Made by a program: the position numbers and the translations under genes | IMG/VR virus record: IMGVR_UViG_3300010370_000028 | Coordinates: 71,390-135,389 of that record | DNA length: 64,000 nucleotides | Direction: 5' to 3' (one strand) | DNA from: a virus | The notes under the pieces: model-generated | Told to the model about the DNA's origin: nothing | The model's input: the letters and a program-made list of their open reading frames with translations, nothing else | Databases searched by the model: none | In this document: in pieces, positions 9,863 through 19,464 of the stretch | How positions within the stretch are numbered: position 1 is the stretch's first letter | How the letters are laid out: the number at the start of each line of letters is the position of its first letter

Positions 9863-10907
9863 TCCAACGCAGATACAATCAACACTAGAGAGTATTGGTT
9901 ATAAACTATTAGATTTTGGGAATCATTGGAGAACTAATGCCCTTTATCGAGGAGGTGATAATCAAACATCAGTAAGAATTTATAAAAATACTGGAGTATG
10001 GACAGATTTTGTTAACGGTTCGAAATCTTTGCCATTCGAAAAACTATTACAATTATCACTTAATTCAGATCCTAAAAAACTAAAAGATATACTCAGCTCT
10101 CTTAAAAAATCTGATGAGTTTGTATATACACAGAAAGAAACTATAGAAATGGAAGAAATATATCCAGAATCAATGTTGGAAAAGCTTTTCCCAAATTATC
10201 TTTTTTATACTAAAAAGGGTTATAGCGAAGATACTTTAAAGTTTTATAAAACTGGTCTTGCTGGCGCTGGTAAGATGTATCGTCGTATGGTATTTCCTAT
10301 CTATAATGAACATGGTCAAATTATAGGTTTTAGTGGAAGAAGAATTGATGATGATGCAGTACAACTTCCAAAATGGAAGCATCTTGGCAAAAGGAGAAAT
10401 TGGGTATATCCAGCGATGATACCACAGGAAGAATCTATTGATTCAATTATTAAAGAAAAACAAGAAGTTGTTCTGGTTGAAAGCATTGGTGATAGTATGG
10501 CACTTTATGAAAGCGGTATTAAAAATAATTTAGTGACCTTTGGTATTGGTTGTAGTCCATCAATTATTAATTACTTAAATTCATTTCCAATTAAAAAAAT
10601 TATTATTGCTACTAATAATGATTTCCAATCTGCCGCCAATCATGGATACAATGGTGCTGTTAAAATTTTAATGTCATTGCGTAAATATTTTGATTTTGAT
10701 ATGCTTGAAATTAGACTGCCGCCAGAACCATTTAATGATTTTTCTGATGCATATCAAAATGGATTTAATCTTAAAAATTGGTATAATCAAACTATAGACA
10801 AAGACCAATACATCGACAATTTAAAAAGTTATGTTAAAAGATATCTTAACTTTTTTAGTCAAAAGGATGTCGCGGGTTTAATCAAAATACTAGAACATCA
10901 TGAGTGA
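9831..10907 (+). CDS. DNA primase (DnaG-like, TOPRIM)
   Basis: RRMVFPI...IIGFSGR, VVLVESIGD, ATNND, NDFSD; start uncertain (9825-9840). Confidence 0.85.
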   Translation: MKTMTSQTSIDPTQIQSTLESIGYKLLDFGNHWRTNALYRGGDNQTSVRIYKNTGVWTDFVNGSKSLPFEKLLQLSLNSDPKKLKDILSSLKKSDEFVYTQKETIEMEEIYPESMLEKLFPNYLFYTKKGYSEDTLKFYKTGLAGAGKMYRRMVFPIYNEHGQIIGFSGRRIDDDAVQLPKWKHLGKRRNWVYPAMIPQEESIDSIIKEKQEVVLVESIGDSMALYESGIKNNLVTFGIGCSPSIINYLNSFPIKKIIIATNNDFQSAANHGYNGAVKILMSLRKYFDFDMLEIRLPPEPFNDFSDAYQNGFNLKNWYNQTIDKDQYIDNLKSYVKRYLNFFSQKDVAGLIKILEHHE

Positions 10908-11943
10908 ACCTAAGACACCTCTTTCAGCAAGTAGAATTAAAACAGTACAATCGTGTAGTTGGTTGTATTGGGCTAAATATCATTTGAATCTTCCAGATCC
11001 ATCTAATGATGGTGCAAAGAGAGGTTCCATTTGCCATTTAATTTTTGAATTGCTTGGCGAGAAAAATCGTCGTGATATATATAAATCAATTTTAAAAAGT
11101 AAAGATGTTTTTTCACATAGCGGAATCAAACGTTTGATTTTGAAACATGCAAAAAAACTTCAAGTTGATGATAAAGAAAATATTGAGTCTATTAAAGAAA
11201 TGATTCTCAATGGACTTAATTATGATTTTTATGGAGATACAGGTTCAAAACCAACAGAAGCATTATCTGAAAAAGATTTTGAAATTACCGTTAACGATGA
11301 AGAGCGTGATGTAAAATATAAAATTAAAGGATTCATTGATAAACTCTTTTTATATAAGAAAAATAAATACGCTTTAATTAGAGACTTTAAAACAAGTAAG
11401 AAAAAATTTATCGGTAAAGAGGTGACTGATAATCTGCAAGATTATATGTATAGTCTTGCTGTTAAACATTTGTATCCAGAATATAAGAAGCGCGAAAGTG
11501 AATTTTTATTTCTTAAATTTGATCTTGATAAAGATCTGTTAGAGAAATCTGATGGTGCGATTCGTATGGAATCAATTAGTGATGATGATATTGAAGGTTT
11601 TGAATATCAACTGACAGCAATTCAAGATTACATTGACAATTTTTCCGAAAATGATGCAATGGGTAATTTTGCGGCAAGTCAACCTTATCCAACTGACAAA
11701 TCTTTTAGTGGACCACTTCAGTGTGGTTTTGCAAAAGAAAAAGGTCAATTAAAAGTTGATGGCACTTTAATGTGGCATTGTCCAGCTAAGTTTGCTTTTG
11801 ATTATTATGTTATTTTAAATCAAGATGGGCAAGCAATTAAATCTTATTCTGAAGAAGAATTTTCAGAATCTCTTGTGCCAGATGGGTTTACTTTTGAGAA
11901 AAGGTTTTATGCTGGATGCCCAAAGCATCAAAAAACATATTGA
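10900..11943 (+). CDS. PD-(D/E)XK exonuclease (RecB/Cas4-like)
   Basis: LSASRIK..C, GSICH, KGFIDKL...IRDFKTSK, NLQDYMY, C-terminal Cys cluster. Confidence 0.85.
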   Translation: MSEPKTPLSASRIKTVQSCSWLYWAKYHLNLPDPSNDGAKRGSICHLIFELLGEKNRRDIYKSILKSKDVFSHSGIKRLILKHAKKLQVDDKENIESIKEMILNGLNYDFYGDTGSKPTEALSEKDFEITVNDEERDVKYKIKGFIDKLFLYKKNKYALIRDFKTSKKKFIGKEVTDNLQDYMYSLAVKHLYPEYKKRESEFLFLKFDLDKDLLEKSDGAIRMESISDDDIEGFEYQLTAIQDYIDNFSENDAMGNFAASQPYPTDKSFSGPLQCGFAKEKGQLKVDGTLMWHCPAKFAFDYYVILNQDGQAIKSYSEEEFSESLVPDGFTFEKRFYAGCPKHQKTY

Positions 11944-11968
11944 CCTTTATGTTTATATGCGCTATGAT
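11940..11968 (+). promoter_or_regulatory. sigma70-like promoter of the polymerase genes
   Basis: TTGACC-17 nt-TATGAT, 7 nt before ATG 11976. Confidence 0.65.
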
Positions 11969-11975
11969 TTAGTGC

Positions 11976-12737
11976 ATGATCCCACTTTTTAAATCTACTC
12001 TTTCAATTGGTAAGAGTATTCTGACATTAGAAGATCCGTCTGATCAAAGAGATGATGGTCCAGATAGTATTTTTTCAATCGCTTTAGAAAATGATTTAAA
12101 GCAGGTTGTTCTTGTAGAAGATTCAATGGTTGGATTTCTTGAGGCATTTAAGAAATGTAAAGATAATAATTTGCAGCTTGTTTTTGGATACAGATTTATC
12201 TGCTGCAATTGTTTTGAGAATAATGACTCATGTCATAAATTAATAGCATTTGCTAAAAACGATGATGGCTGTAAAGATTTGAATAAATTTTATAGCGCTA
12301 TCAATACTCAATTTAATGGAAGAATTGATGCTGAGAATTTACAAAAACTTTGGACAGATAACCTCTTGTTAGTTGTTCCTTTTTACGATTCTTTTATCTA
12401 TAACAATCAATTATATTTAGGTAACTGTATTCCAGATTTTGGATCAATTAAACCAATATTTTTTATTGAACGTAATAACCTTCCTTTTGATCATGTTATA
12501 GAGAGGGCTGTTTTAAACTTTACTGAAAATGGCAACAAGTATGAAACTAAACTTGCGAAGTCAATTTATTATAAAAATAAGTGTGATGTTGAGGCTTTGC
12601 AGACTTATAAAATTCTTTGTAACCGTTCTTTCGGTAAACAAGCTACACTATCTTCTCCTAATTTAAATCATTTTGGGAGTGATGAATTTTGTTGGGAATC
12701 ATTTAAAGAATATGAAGGAGAACTTACTACGATTTAA
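11976..12737 (+). CDS. Stand-alone PHP domain of DNA polymerase III alpha (degenerate metal site)
   Basis: Matches the DnaE N-terminus (KSTLSIG, VLVEDSMVGF, LVFG, LIAFAKNDDGCKDL) but lacks the HxH ligands. Confidence 0.75.
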   Translation: MIPLFKSTLSIGKSILTLEDPSDQRDDGPDSIFSIALENDLKQVVLVEDSMVGFLEAFKKCKDNNLQLVFGYRFICCNCFENNDSCHKLIAFAKNDDGCKDLNKFYSAINTQFNGRIDAENLQKLWTDNLLLVVPFYDSFIYNNQLYLGNCIPDFGSIKPIFFIERNNLPFDHVIERAVLNFTENGNKYETKLAKSIYYKNKCDVEALQTYKILCNRSFGKQATLSSPNLNHFGSDEFCWESFKEYEGELTTI

Positions 12738-13344
12738 AAATAAACAAAAGTATCTTATCTTTGATACTGAGACTGAAGGCTTGAATCTTATTAATTCAAG
12801 ACCTTGGCAGATTGCTTGGATTACTGCTGAAGGTAAAAATATCAAATCTAAAAATGATAGATTTATCAAATGGGATAATCTACAAGTATCAGAAGGTGCA
12901 GCAAAGATAACAGGATTCTCCGAAAGAATTTATGAAGATCGTGCTGAAGACCCTAAAAAGGTTTGGGCTGATTTTTCAAAATATCTTTATGATCCAGAGT
13001 ATTTGATTATTGGTCAAAATCTTCTTGGATTTGATGTTTACATGATTAATATTTGGAGAAAGCTGATTGGACTTAATAGCGACTATTCTTATGTAGATAG
13101 AATTATTGATACTAAATCTCTTGCAACGGCTATTTTCAAAAACATCTTACATGATGAACAGAATAAAACTTCTTGGCAGTATAAATTACTAAACCATAAA
13201 GAAAAAGGTCTTAAAACATCTCAAGGAACACTATTAAAACATTATAATATTCCTCACGATCCTAAAAAGCTTCATGATGCTCTCTATGATATTGAGATGA
13301 ATTTCCAAATTTTCCAAAAACAAATTTACGATATCGAAATATGA
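12712..13344 (+). CDS. DEDDh 3'-5' exonuclease (Pol III epsilon-like)
   Basis: IFDTETEGL, GQNLLGFD, IIDT, LHDALYD. Confidence 0.9.
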   Translation: MKENLLRFKNKQKYLIFDTETEGLNLINSRPWQIAWITAEGKNIKSKNDRFIKWDNLQVSEGAAKITGFSERIYEDRAEDPKKVWADFSKYLYDPEYLIIGQNLLGFDVYMINIWRKLIGLNSDYSYVDRIIDTKSLATAIFKNILHDEQNKTSWQYKLLNHKEKGLKTSQGTLLKHYNIPHDPKKLHDALYDIEMNFQIFQKQIYDIEI

Positions 13345-15899
13345 ACACTTTAATCGAACCTTATAAAACACCATGTCCAGTTGGAGTTAAACTTCCAAAA
13401 ATTCATATTGAAAAAAAACATTATGATCTTTTGGGATGCTCTTCAGACACAAGCAATTTCAACTTTTTAAGAAAGCTTTGTTTTAAGGGGGTGCAAGAAA
13501 AAGGTATTGACCAACTTTCTAATAAACAAGTTTATTATGATAGATTATCAATGGAGCTTTCAGTTCTTAATGATCTTGGCTTTATTGATTATATTCTTCT
13601 AAATTGGGATATTTTAAATTTCTGTCATGAAACTGGTGTTCCTACTGGTGCTGGACGTGGTTCGGCGGCAGGATCTTTGGTTTTGTATGTAATTGGTGTT
13701 ACTAATATTGATCCAATTAAATATGATCTGTTTTTTGAAAGATTTGTTTCTAAAAGTCGTGCCAGAAAAATTGAACATAATGGTGAAACGTTTCTTGATG
13801 GATCTCTACTAGCAGACGTTGATAATGATATTAGTTATGATCGCCGCCAAGAAGTTATTGATTATATCAATCGCAAGTATCAAGGTAGAACTTCAAAAAT
13901 TCTTACTCTAAATACTCTTAGTAGCAAACTTTGTATTAAAGAGTGTGGTAAGATAGTTGGAGAAATGTCTGAATCTTCTGTTAATGAAATTAGCGATATG
14001 ATCCCTAAAAAATTCGGTAAAGTTTTCAAGCTTGAGCAAGCTTATTCAGAAAACGAAAACTTTAAATCATTTGCAAATAAAAACAAAAAGATTTACCGTA
14101 TTGCTAAAAAGATTGAGGGGCTTGCGAAAAATACAGGAGTTCATCCATCTGGAATTGCAATTAGTTTCTATGAACTAGATGAAATTATGCCAGTTCAAAC
14201 TACTGGCGAAGATGCTATTGTTTCTGGATATGATATGAATAATGTAGCAGAATTGACTGTTAAGTTTGATATTCTAGGACTCCGCACTCTTTCTGTTATT
14301 CACGATGTTTGCTCTCGTATTGGAGTCAAAGTAAATGATATTGATTGCGATCATGAATCAATTTATGCTGCTTTGCAAACCCTGCAAGCTCCACAAGGAT
14401 TATTCCAAATTGAAGCTGATACTAACTTTAGAGTTTGTCAAAAAATTGCTCCTAAAAATCTAGAACAATTATCTGCTGTTGTTGCAATTGCAAGACCTGG
14501 TGCATTGGACTTCATGGATAGGTATGCAGACTATGCTAGAAATGGTCAGTTCCAATCTGTTCATCCATTTTTTGATGATATCTTGAGTTATACTGGTGGT
14601 ATTCCTCTTTATCAAGAGCAGTTGATGAAAATGGCTGTTAAGGTTGGCTTTAGTCTTGATGAATCTGAACAATTGCGCCGAATTGTTGGTAAGAAAAAGG
14701 TTGATCAAATGGGCGCTTGGAAACAAAAGATTGAAGATAAAATTAAAGAGAATAATCTAGATTCTGCTGTTGGAGATGTGCTTTGGAAAGTCGCTGAAGA
14801 CTCAGCAAACTATTCATTCAATAAATCTCACAGTATTTCTTATGCCTATCTTGCGGCTATCACTGTATATCTTAAATTTAATTATCCACAACAATTCTTT
14901 TTGAGTCTGCTTAAATACGCTCAATATGAGCCAAACCCTCATGAAGAAATCAATAAAATTGTCCAAGAGCTTCCTTATTTTGATATTAAACTACTTCCAC
15001 CAGATCTGTCAAAATCAGATATTGATTTTAAAATTGAAGATAAAAACATTAGATACGGTCTTAATTCAATTAAAGGAGTATCAACAAAGGTTTTAGAATC
15101 ATTATTAGAGTTTAGAGAACAGAGCTTTGTAAACAAATATGAAGTCTTCCTAGCTGCAAAGCAAGCTGGATTGAATATTGGCGTTCTATCAGCACTAATA
15201 CAGGCTGGTGTTCTTGATTCCTTTGTTTCCAAAGATCGTTGCAGGTTAGTTTTAGAGGCTCAAACATTCAACATACTAACTGATAGAGAAAAACGAAATA
15301 TGGTTTCGTTGGGGGAAAAATATAATTATGATATTTTGAATACTATAGCAGACTGTTCAAAACAAGAACTTGTTGGTGATGATAATAAAAGAATCTTCTC
15401 CGAAAAGAGATTTAATACATTTAAAACTAAATATCAACCATACAAAGAAATTTATGAGAAAAATCATAAGCATTTAAAATTTGCCAATTGGTTCTTTGAA
15501 ACTAAATTGCTTGGTTACAGCTATTCTTATAATGTCAGAGAAATTTTTAAAAATGAGGTTGAGGGCAGCTTGATTTCTTCAAACGATATCTCTAAGATTG
15601 AAGAAAACCAAACAGTTAAATTTGTTGGCACTGTTTCCGATATTATGACCAGAACCAGCGCTAATGGCAATAAATATGCAAGAATGGATGTTTATGATGA
15701 TCTTGGCAAGTTGACCATCTTATTAATGGACTCTGAGCGAGAAGGTAGATTGACAAATTACCTAAACTCTGGTAAGATCCTGCCTAAGAAAGACTCGATT
15801 GTGATCATTTCTGGCAAAAAGAATAGAGATATCGTTTTCGCTGATAAACTCTCTCTTTTAGAAGAAAAGATTTACATGAAGCTCTCAGAAATTAAATAA
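13341..15899 (+). CDS. dnaE: DNA polymerase III alpha catalytic core (no PHP domain)
   Basis: GAGRGSAAGS, LFFERF, DVDND, KFDILGL, YQEQLM, YSFNKSHS, C-terminal OB fold. Confidence 0.93.
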   Translation: MNTLIEPYKTPCPVGVKLPKIHIEKKHYDLLGCSSDTSNFNFLRKLCFKGVQEKGIDQLSNKQVYYDRLSMELSVLNDLGFIDYILLNWDILNFCHETGVPTGAGRGSAAGSLVLYVIGVTNIDPIKYDLFFERFVSKSRARKIEHNGETFLDGSLLADVDNDISYDRRQEVIDYINRKYQGRTSKILTLNTLSSKLCIKECGKIVGEMSESSVNEISDMIPKKFGKVFKLEQAYSENENFKSFANKNKKIYRIAKKIEGLAKNTGVHPSGIAISFYELDEIMPVQTTGEDAIVSGYDMNNVAELTVKFDILGLRTLSVIHDVCSRIGVKVNDIDCDHESIYAALQTLQAPQGLFQIEADTNFRVCQKIAPKNLEQLSAVVAIARPGALDFMDRYADYARNGQFQSVHPFFDDILSYTGGIPLYQEQLMKMAVKVGFSLDESEQLRRIVGKKKVDQMGAWKQKIEDKIKENNLDSAVGDVLWKVAEDSANYSFNKSHSISYAYLAAITVYLKFNYPQQFFLSLLKYAQYEPNPHEEINKIVQELPYFDIKLLPPDLSKSDIDFKIEDKNIRYGLNSIKGVSTKVLESLLEFREQSFVNKYEVFLAAKQAGLNIGVLSALIQAGVLDSFVSKDRCRLVLEAQTFNILTDREKRNMVSLGEKYNYDILNTIADCSKQELVGDDNKRIFSEKRFNTFKTKYQPYKEIYEKNHKHLKFANWFFETKLLGYSYSYNVREIFKNEVEGSLISSNDISKIEENQTVKFVGTVSDIMTRTSANGNKYARMDVYDDLGKLTILLMDSEREGRLTNYLNSGKILPKKDSIVIISGKKNRDIVFADKLSLLEEKIYMKLSEIK

Positions 15900-15916
15900 T
15901 AATTGTGTAAAAATAT

Positions 15917-18319
15917 ATGATGGAAATTGATAGTTTTAACTTGACTCCAAAAGCAAAATTAGCCCTTAAAGATGCTAAAGAATTTGCTAACCGCAATAAT
16001 CATTCTTTGATTAATAATTGCCATGTTTTATATGGGTGTTGGAAGAATATAAACTCTTCTTTTATTAATTTTGCTGATTTAATGGGTGTCACTCTCAATA
16101 CAGAAAAGTTGAGTGAAATTATCTTAAAATTCGCTAAAAAATATACACTTTTATTTACGGCAAGCTCTCATAATGATGTTTGGGATAATGAAATTCAAAA
16201 CGCTATTAAAAAAGCTAAAGAATTTGCAGACGATCATGAGAACTTTTATATTGGAATTGAACATCTTTTGTTTGGTGTTTTAGAGTGTAACGAAAAATTT
16301 CTTGAATTCCTGCTTAAGAATGATGTTGATTATGAACACCTTAAAGAAGTTATTCACGAATTTATTGTCGGTAAAACCTCAGAACCACCGCCAGCAGAAA
16401 AGGAAGCTACCCAAGTTAAGAAAACTAAAACCAAAGCTATTGAAGCTTATTGCACTCTTTTAAATGACTTGGTTCAAAAAGAAGATTATCAGATAATTTC
16501 TGGTAGAGATAAAGAAATTAATAATATTACTGAGATTCTTTGTAGGAAAACCAAAAGTAATTGCTTGCTTCTTGGTGAGCCAGGAACTGGTAAAACGGCA
16601 ATTGTTGAAGGTCTTGCCCAAAAAATTAATTCAAATGAATGTTCAGAAGTATTAGCCAATAAAAAAATCTACGCTCTTGATCTTAGCTTAATGATTGCTG
16701 GTACTAAATATAGAGGACAGTTTGAAGAAAGGTTTAGCAATTTTCTTGAAGAAGTTAAAGAATTAAAAGATACTATTATCTTTATTGATGAAATTCATGT
16801 GATGGTTGGCGCTGGTAGCTCCGAAGGATCAATGGATGTTGCTAATATGTTGAAGCCAGCATTGGCTCGTGGAGATATTCGTTGCATTGGTGCTACTACG
16901 TACTCAGAATATAAAAAATTCTTTGAGAAAGATGGTGCTTTGTCTAGGCGTTTTGATATTATAAAGGTTGAAGAGCCTAACAAAACTCAAGTTTTTGAAA
17001 TGGTGAAAGCATCAATTGATTCATTTGAAAACTATCATAATGTTGAATACTCTGATGAGCTTATTGATTTAACTATAGATCTTTGCGGCAAGTATCTGCC
17101 TAATAAAAGATTTCCAGATAAAGCTTTCGATGTGATTGACCAAACATGTTCAAAAGTAAAAATTAAAAAAATTAAAAGACCCTCAAAGGCTTTAAAAACC
17201 GAAAAAGAATTAAAAGCAATCTTAGATTCTTCAGAAGAAGATTTTTCTCAAGAAGCTCAAATTCAATGTGCGTTATTGATGGATAAATATACGGCAATTA
17301 TGCAAGATTGGATGTATAGGGTAGCTAAAACAAAATTCAAGATTACTAAAGATGATGTTTATGAAGTTATTGCGAATAAAAGCAATGTTAATGTTAATAC
17401 GATTAAAGAGTCTGCCAACAATACTTTTGCTTCATTCAAAGATAATCTAAAATCAAAAATCTTTGGTCAGTCAGAAAATATTGATAAAATTTATGATACT
17501 TTAGCTTGTGCCAAAGCTGGATTTAATAAATCGAATAGACCTATTGCCAATTTCTTTTTTGTTGGACCAACAAGTGTTGGTAAGACATTTGCCGCAAAAC
17601 AAATTGCAAAAGAATTTTTTGGTAATGAATCTAGCATATTGCAGATCAATATGAGTGAATATCAAGAACAGAATTCAATTTCTAAACTAATTGGAACTAG
17701 CGCTGGTTATGTTGGATTTGAAGAAGGTGGTCTGTTAACGGAGTTTGTCAGACATAATCCTAACAGCGTTATCTTATTTGATGAAGCTGAAAAATGTCAT
17801 AGAAGTATCTTAGATCTATTGCTTCAAATTTTAGATGAAGGTTGTATCAATGATAATCTTAATCGAAAGATTGATTTTACCAGCTGCGTTATAATTCTAA
17901 CTAGTAATATTGGGGTTAAAGAGTCTGAAACAAAATCAATGGGCTTCATTCAGCCAGAAATCAATCATACTAATTCTTATAAAGAGTCTGTAAGAAAACA
18001 ACTACGCCCAGAACTTGTTGCTAGAATTGATGAAATTATTGTTTTCAACTCTTTGGGTAATATGGAATTTGCAAAAATAGTCAATGAACGAATTGATCAA
18101 ATTAAAAATAATTTAAAATCTAAAGAAATTAAAATATCAGTTTCTAAAGACTGTATTGACTATATTGTCAGCAAGTTGAGTAGTGATTTCAATGCTAGAT
18201 CTTTAAATTCAATTATTCGCTCAGAGATTGAAGTTCCAATTGCAGATTTAATTATTAAAAAATCAGATTTGAAGAAAATTTCAATAAAAGTTGTTGACAA
18301 GTTAATTAAAGTGTGCTAA
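15917..18319 (+). CDS. ClpA/ClpC-like AAA+ ATPase
   Basis: Clp N repeats, GEPGTGKT, IFIDE, GPTSVGKT, ILFDE, SMGF ClpP-binding-like loop. Confidence 0.92.
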   Translation: MMEIDSFNLTPKAKLALKDAKEFANRNNHSLINNCHVLYGCWKNINSSFINFADLMGVTLNTEKLSEIILKFAKKYTLLFTASSHNDVWDNEIQNAIKKAKEFADDHENFYIGIEHLLFGVLECNEKFLEFLLKNDVDYEHLKEVIHEFIVGKTSEPPPAEKEATQVKKTKTKAIEAYCTLLNDLVQKEDYQIISGRDKEINNITEILCRKTKSNCLLLGEPGTGKTAIVEGLAQKINSNECSEVLANKKIYALDLSLMIAGTKYRGQFEERFSNFLEEVKELKDTIIFIDEIHVMVGAGSSEGSMDVANMLKPALARGDIRCIGATTYSEYKKFFEKDGALSRRFDIIKVEEPNKTQVFEMVKASIDSFENYHNVEYSDELIDLTIDLCGKYLPNKRFPDKAFDVIDQTCSKVKIKKIKRPSKALKTEKELKAILDSSEEDFSQEAQIQCALLMDKYTAIMQDWMYRVAKTKFKITKDDVYEVIANKSNVNVNTIKESANNTFASFKDNLKSKIFGQSENIDKIYDTLACAKAGFNKSNRPIANFFFVGPTSVGKTFAAKQIAKEFFGNESSILQINMSEYQEQNSISKLIGTSAGYVGFEEGGLLTEFVRHNPNSVILFDEAEKCHRSILDLLLQILDEGCINDNLNRKIDFTSCVIILTSNIGVKESETKSMGFIQPEINHTNSYKESVRKQLRPELVARIDEIIVFNSLGNMEFAKIVNERIDQIKNNLKSKEIKISVSKDCIDYIVSKLSSDFNARSLNSIIRSEIEVPIADLIIKKSDLKKISIKVVDKLIKVC

Positions 18320-18333
18320 TATCTATTCACAAT

Positions 18334-18549
18334 ATGAATACTACTAATCAAAACAAGATTGTTAAGGCTATGCGTAATAGCCGTGGTCGTTTCTTCGGTC
18401 TTACTACTAAGACTGGTGATAGTATCAATGCTCAGTTCGTTTCTGAGTCTCCAAGCTACGTAACTGTATACGACAGAAATCGTTATACTAATCGTAAGCT
18501 CGCTAAGACAAGCTTGGCTGGACTTTCAATGGGTACAGTTCAAGTCTAA
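18334..18549 (+). CDS. Small hypothetical protein with its own promoter and terminator
   Basis: TTGACA(18294)-17 nt-TAATAT upstream; strong terminator downstream. Confidence 0.7.
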   Translation: MNTTNQNKIVKAMRNSRGRFFGLTTKTGDSINAQFVSESPSYVTVYDRNRYTNRKLAKTSLAGLSMGTVQV

Positions 18550-18567
18550 TATAAAAATCCAACAATG

Positions 18568-18599
18568 GAAAAACCCCAGCTGAAAAGCTGGGGTTTTTC
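18568..18599. terminator. Bidirectional intrinsic terminator
   Basis: GAAAAACCCCAGCT-GAAA-AGCTGGGGTTTTTC between convergent genes. Confidence 0.9.
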
Positions 18600-18602
18600 T
18601 TT

Positions 18603-18851
18603 TTATAGATATGTATGACTTTTTAATTGAGCGTTAGATGCTCTATCATATGTGCCGTCACCCCAAAATATCATAGACTTATAATTGCTTTGAGAAAAAG
18701 TTAAAGTAATTGAAACTATTGATGGCATTTCATCAAATGTCCAAAAACCTGTTGTTGGAATTGGTGGCCAAATATATTCATCCCCCAAATATACATATTT
18801 GGCAAATTCATTGCCAATTTTAATTTCATCTGCATTATTTAAAATACTCAT
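18603..18851 (-). CDS. Small tail-fibre-associated protein
   Basis: IKIG..YVYLGDEYIWP motif and a WGDG...HTY fragment; tail module context. Confidence 0.5.
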   Translation of the reverse strand: MSILNNADEIKIGNEFAKYVYLGDEYIWPPIPTTGFWTFDEMPSIVSITLTFSQSNYKSMIFWGDGTYDRASNAQLKSHTYL

Positions 18852-19060
18852 TCTACAATAATATAAAGCGTATCTGAATTTGGCGTTAATGCATCATATT
18901 CATTTTGAGTTACTTTTTGAATAGAATTTACTCCAGCATTATTATAAATAAAATTTTTACCGCTAACTTGAGGGACTTTTTCAAAATCTACATCTCCTAA
19001 AATATTTTTTGTATAAATACTATCAGAAATTAATTCGTATACTGTAAATCGGTTGCTCAT
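18848..19060 (-). CDS. Small tail-fibre-associated protein
   Basis: TQNEYDALTPNSDTLYII motif recognised from siphophage tail-fibre proteins. Confidence 0.5.
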   Translation of the reverse strand: MSNRFTVYELISDSIYTKNILGDVDFEKVPQVSGKNFIYNNAGVNSIQKVTQNEYDALTPNSDTLYIIVE

Positions 19061-19089
19061 ATTTAATATAAATTAATTTATTAATAATT

Positions 19090-19458
19090 CTACTCTATAT
19101 CATTACCAACATATGATTCTGGTTCAGACAATGGTTCTAAAGCTACAACGCCATCTGCAATAGTATATACTCTTGCTGCTCCTACCTTAGCTCTTACACC
19201 TGGTGCTTGTACTGCATCAAGTAGAGAATTGATTGATGTAGCTGCATTTTCATGTATACCAAATATCTGCTCAAACTTATTTGTGTTTACTAATTCTTGT
19301 AAACATTCAAGTAGTTGATCTTCTGGCAAACCCCAAACAGCATCATAGGCAACATTAAGAGTATTAGCAGTATTTTGTAATGCTAGTGTAGCTTTAGATA
19401 CTCGCTTTTCGAGATTATCTAAGTTTATTTGTAGTTGTGTTTTATCTGTTATATTCAT
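19090..19458 (-). CDS. Hypothetical protein (possible fibre chaperone)
   Basis: Directly downstream of the tail fibre gene. Confidence 0.55.
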   Translation of the reverse strand: MNITDKTQLQINLDNLEKRVSKATLALQNTANTLNVAYDAVWGLPEDQLLECLQELVNTNKFEQIFGIHENAATSINSLLDAVQAPGVRAKVGAARVYTIADGVVALEPLSEPESYVGNDIE

Positions 19459-19464
19459 AATGCT

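Noticed and set aside
10900-11943. Cas4 as part of a CRISPR system
   Set aside because: No repeat-spacer array or other cas genes in the window; context is replication
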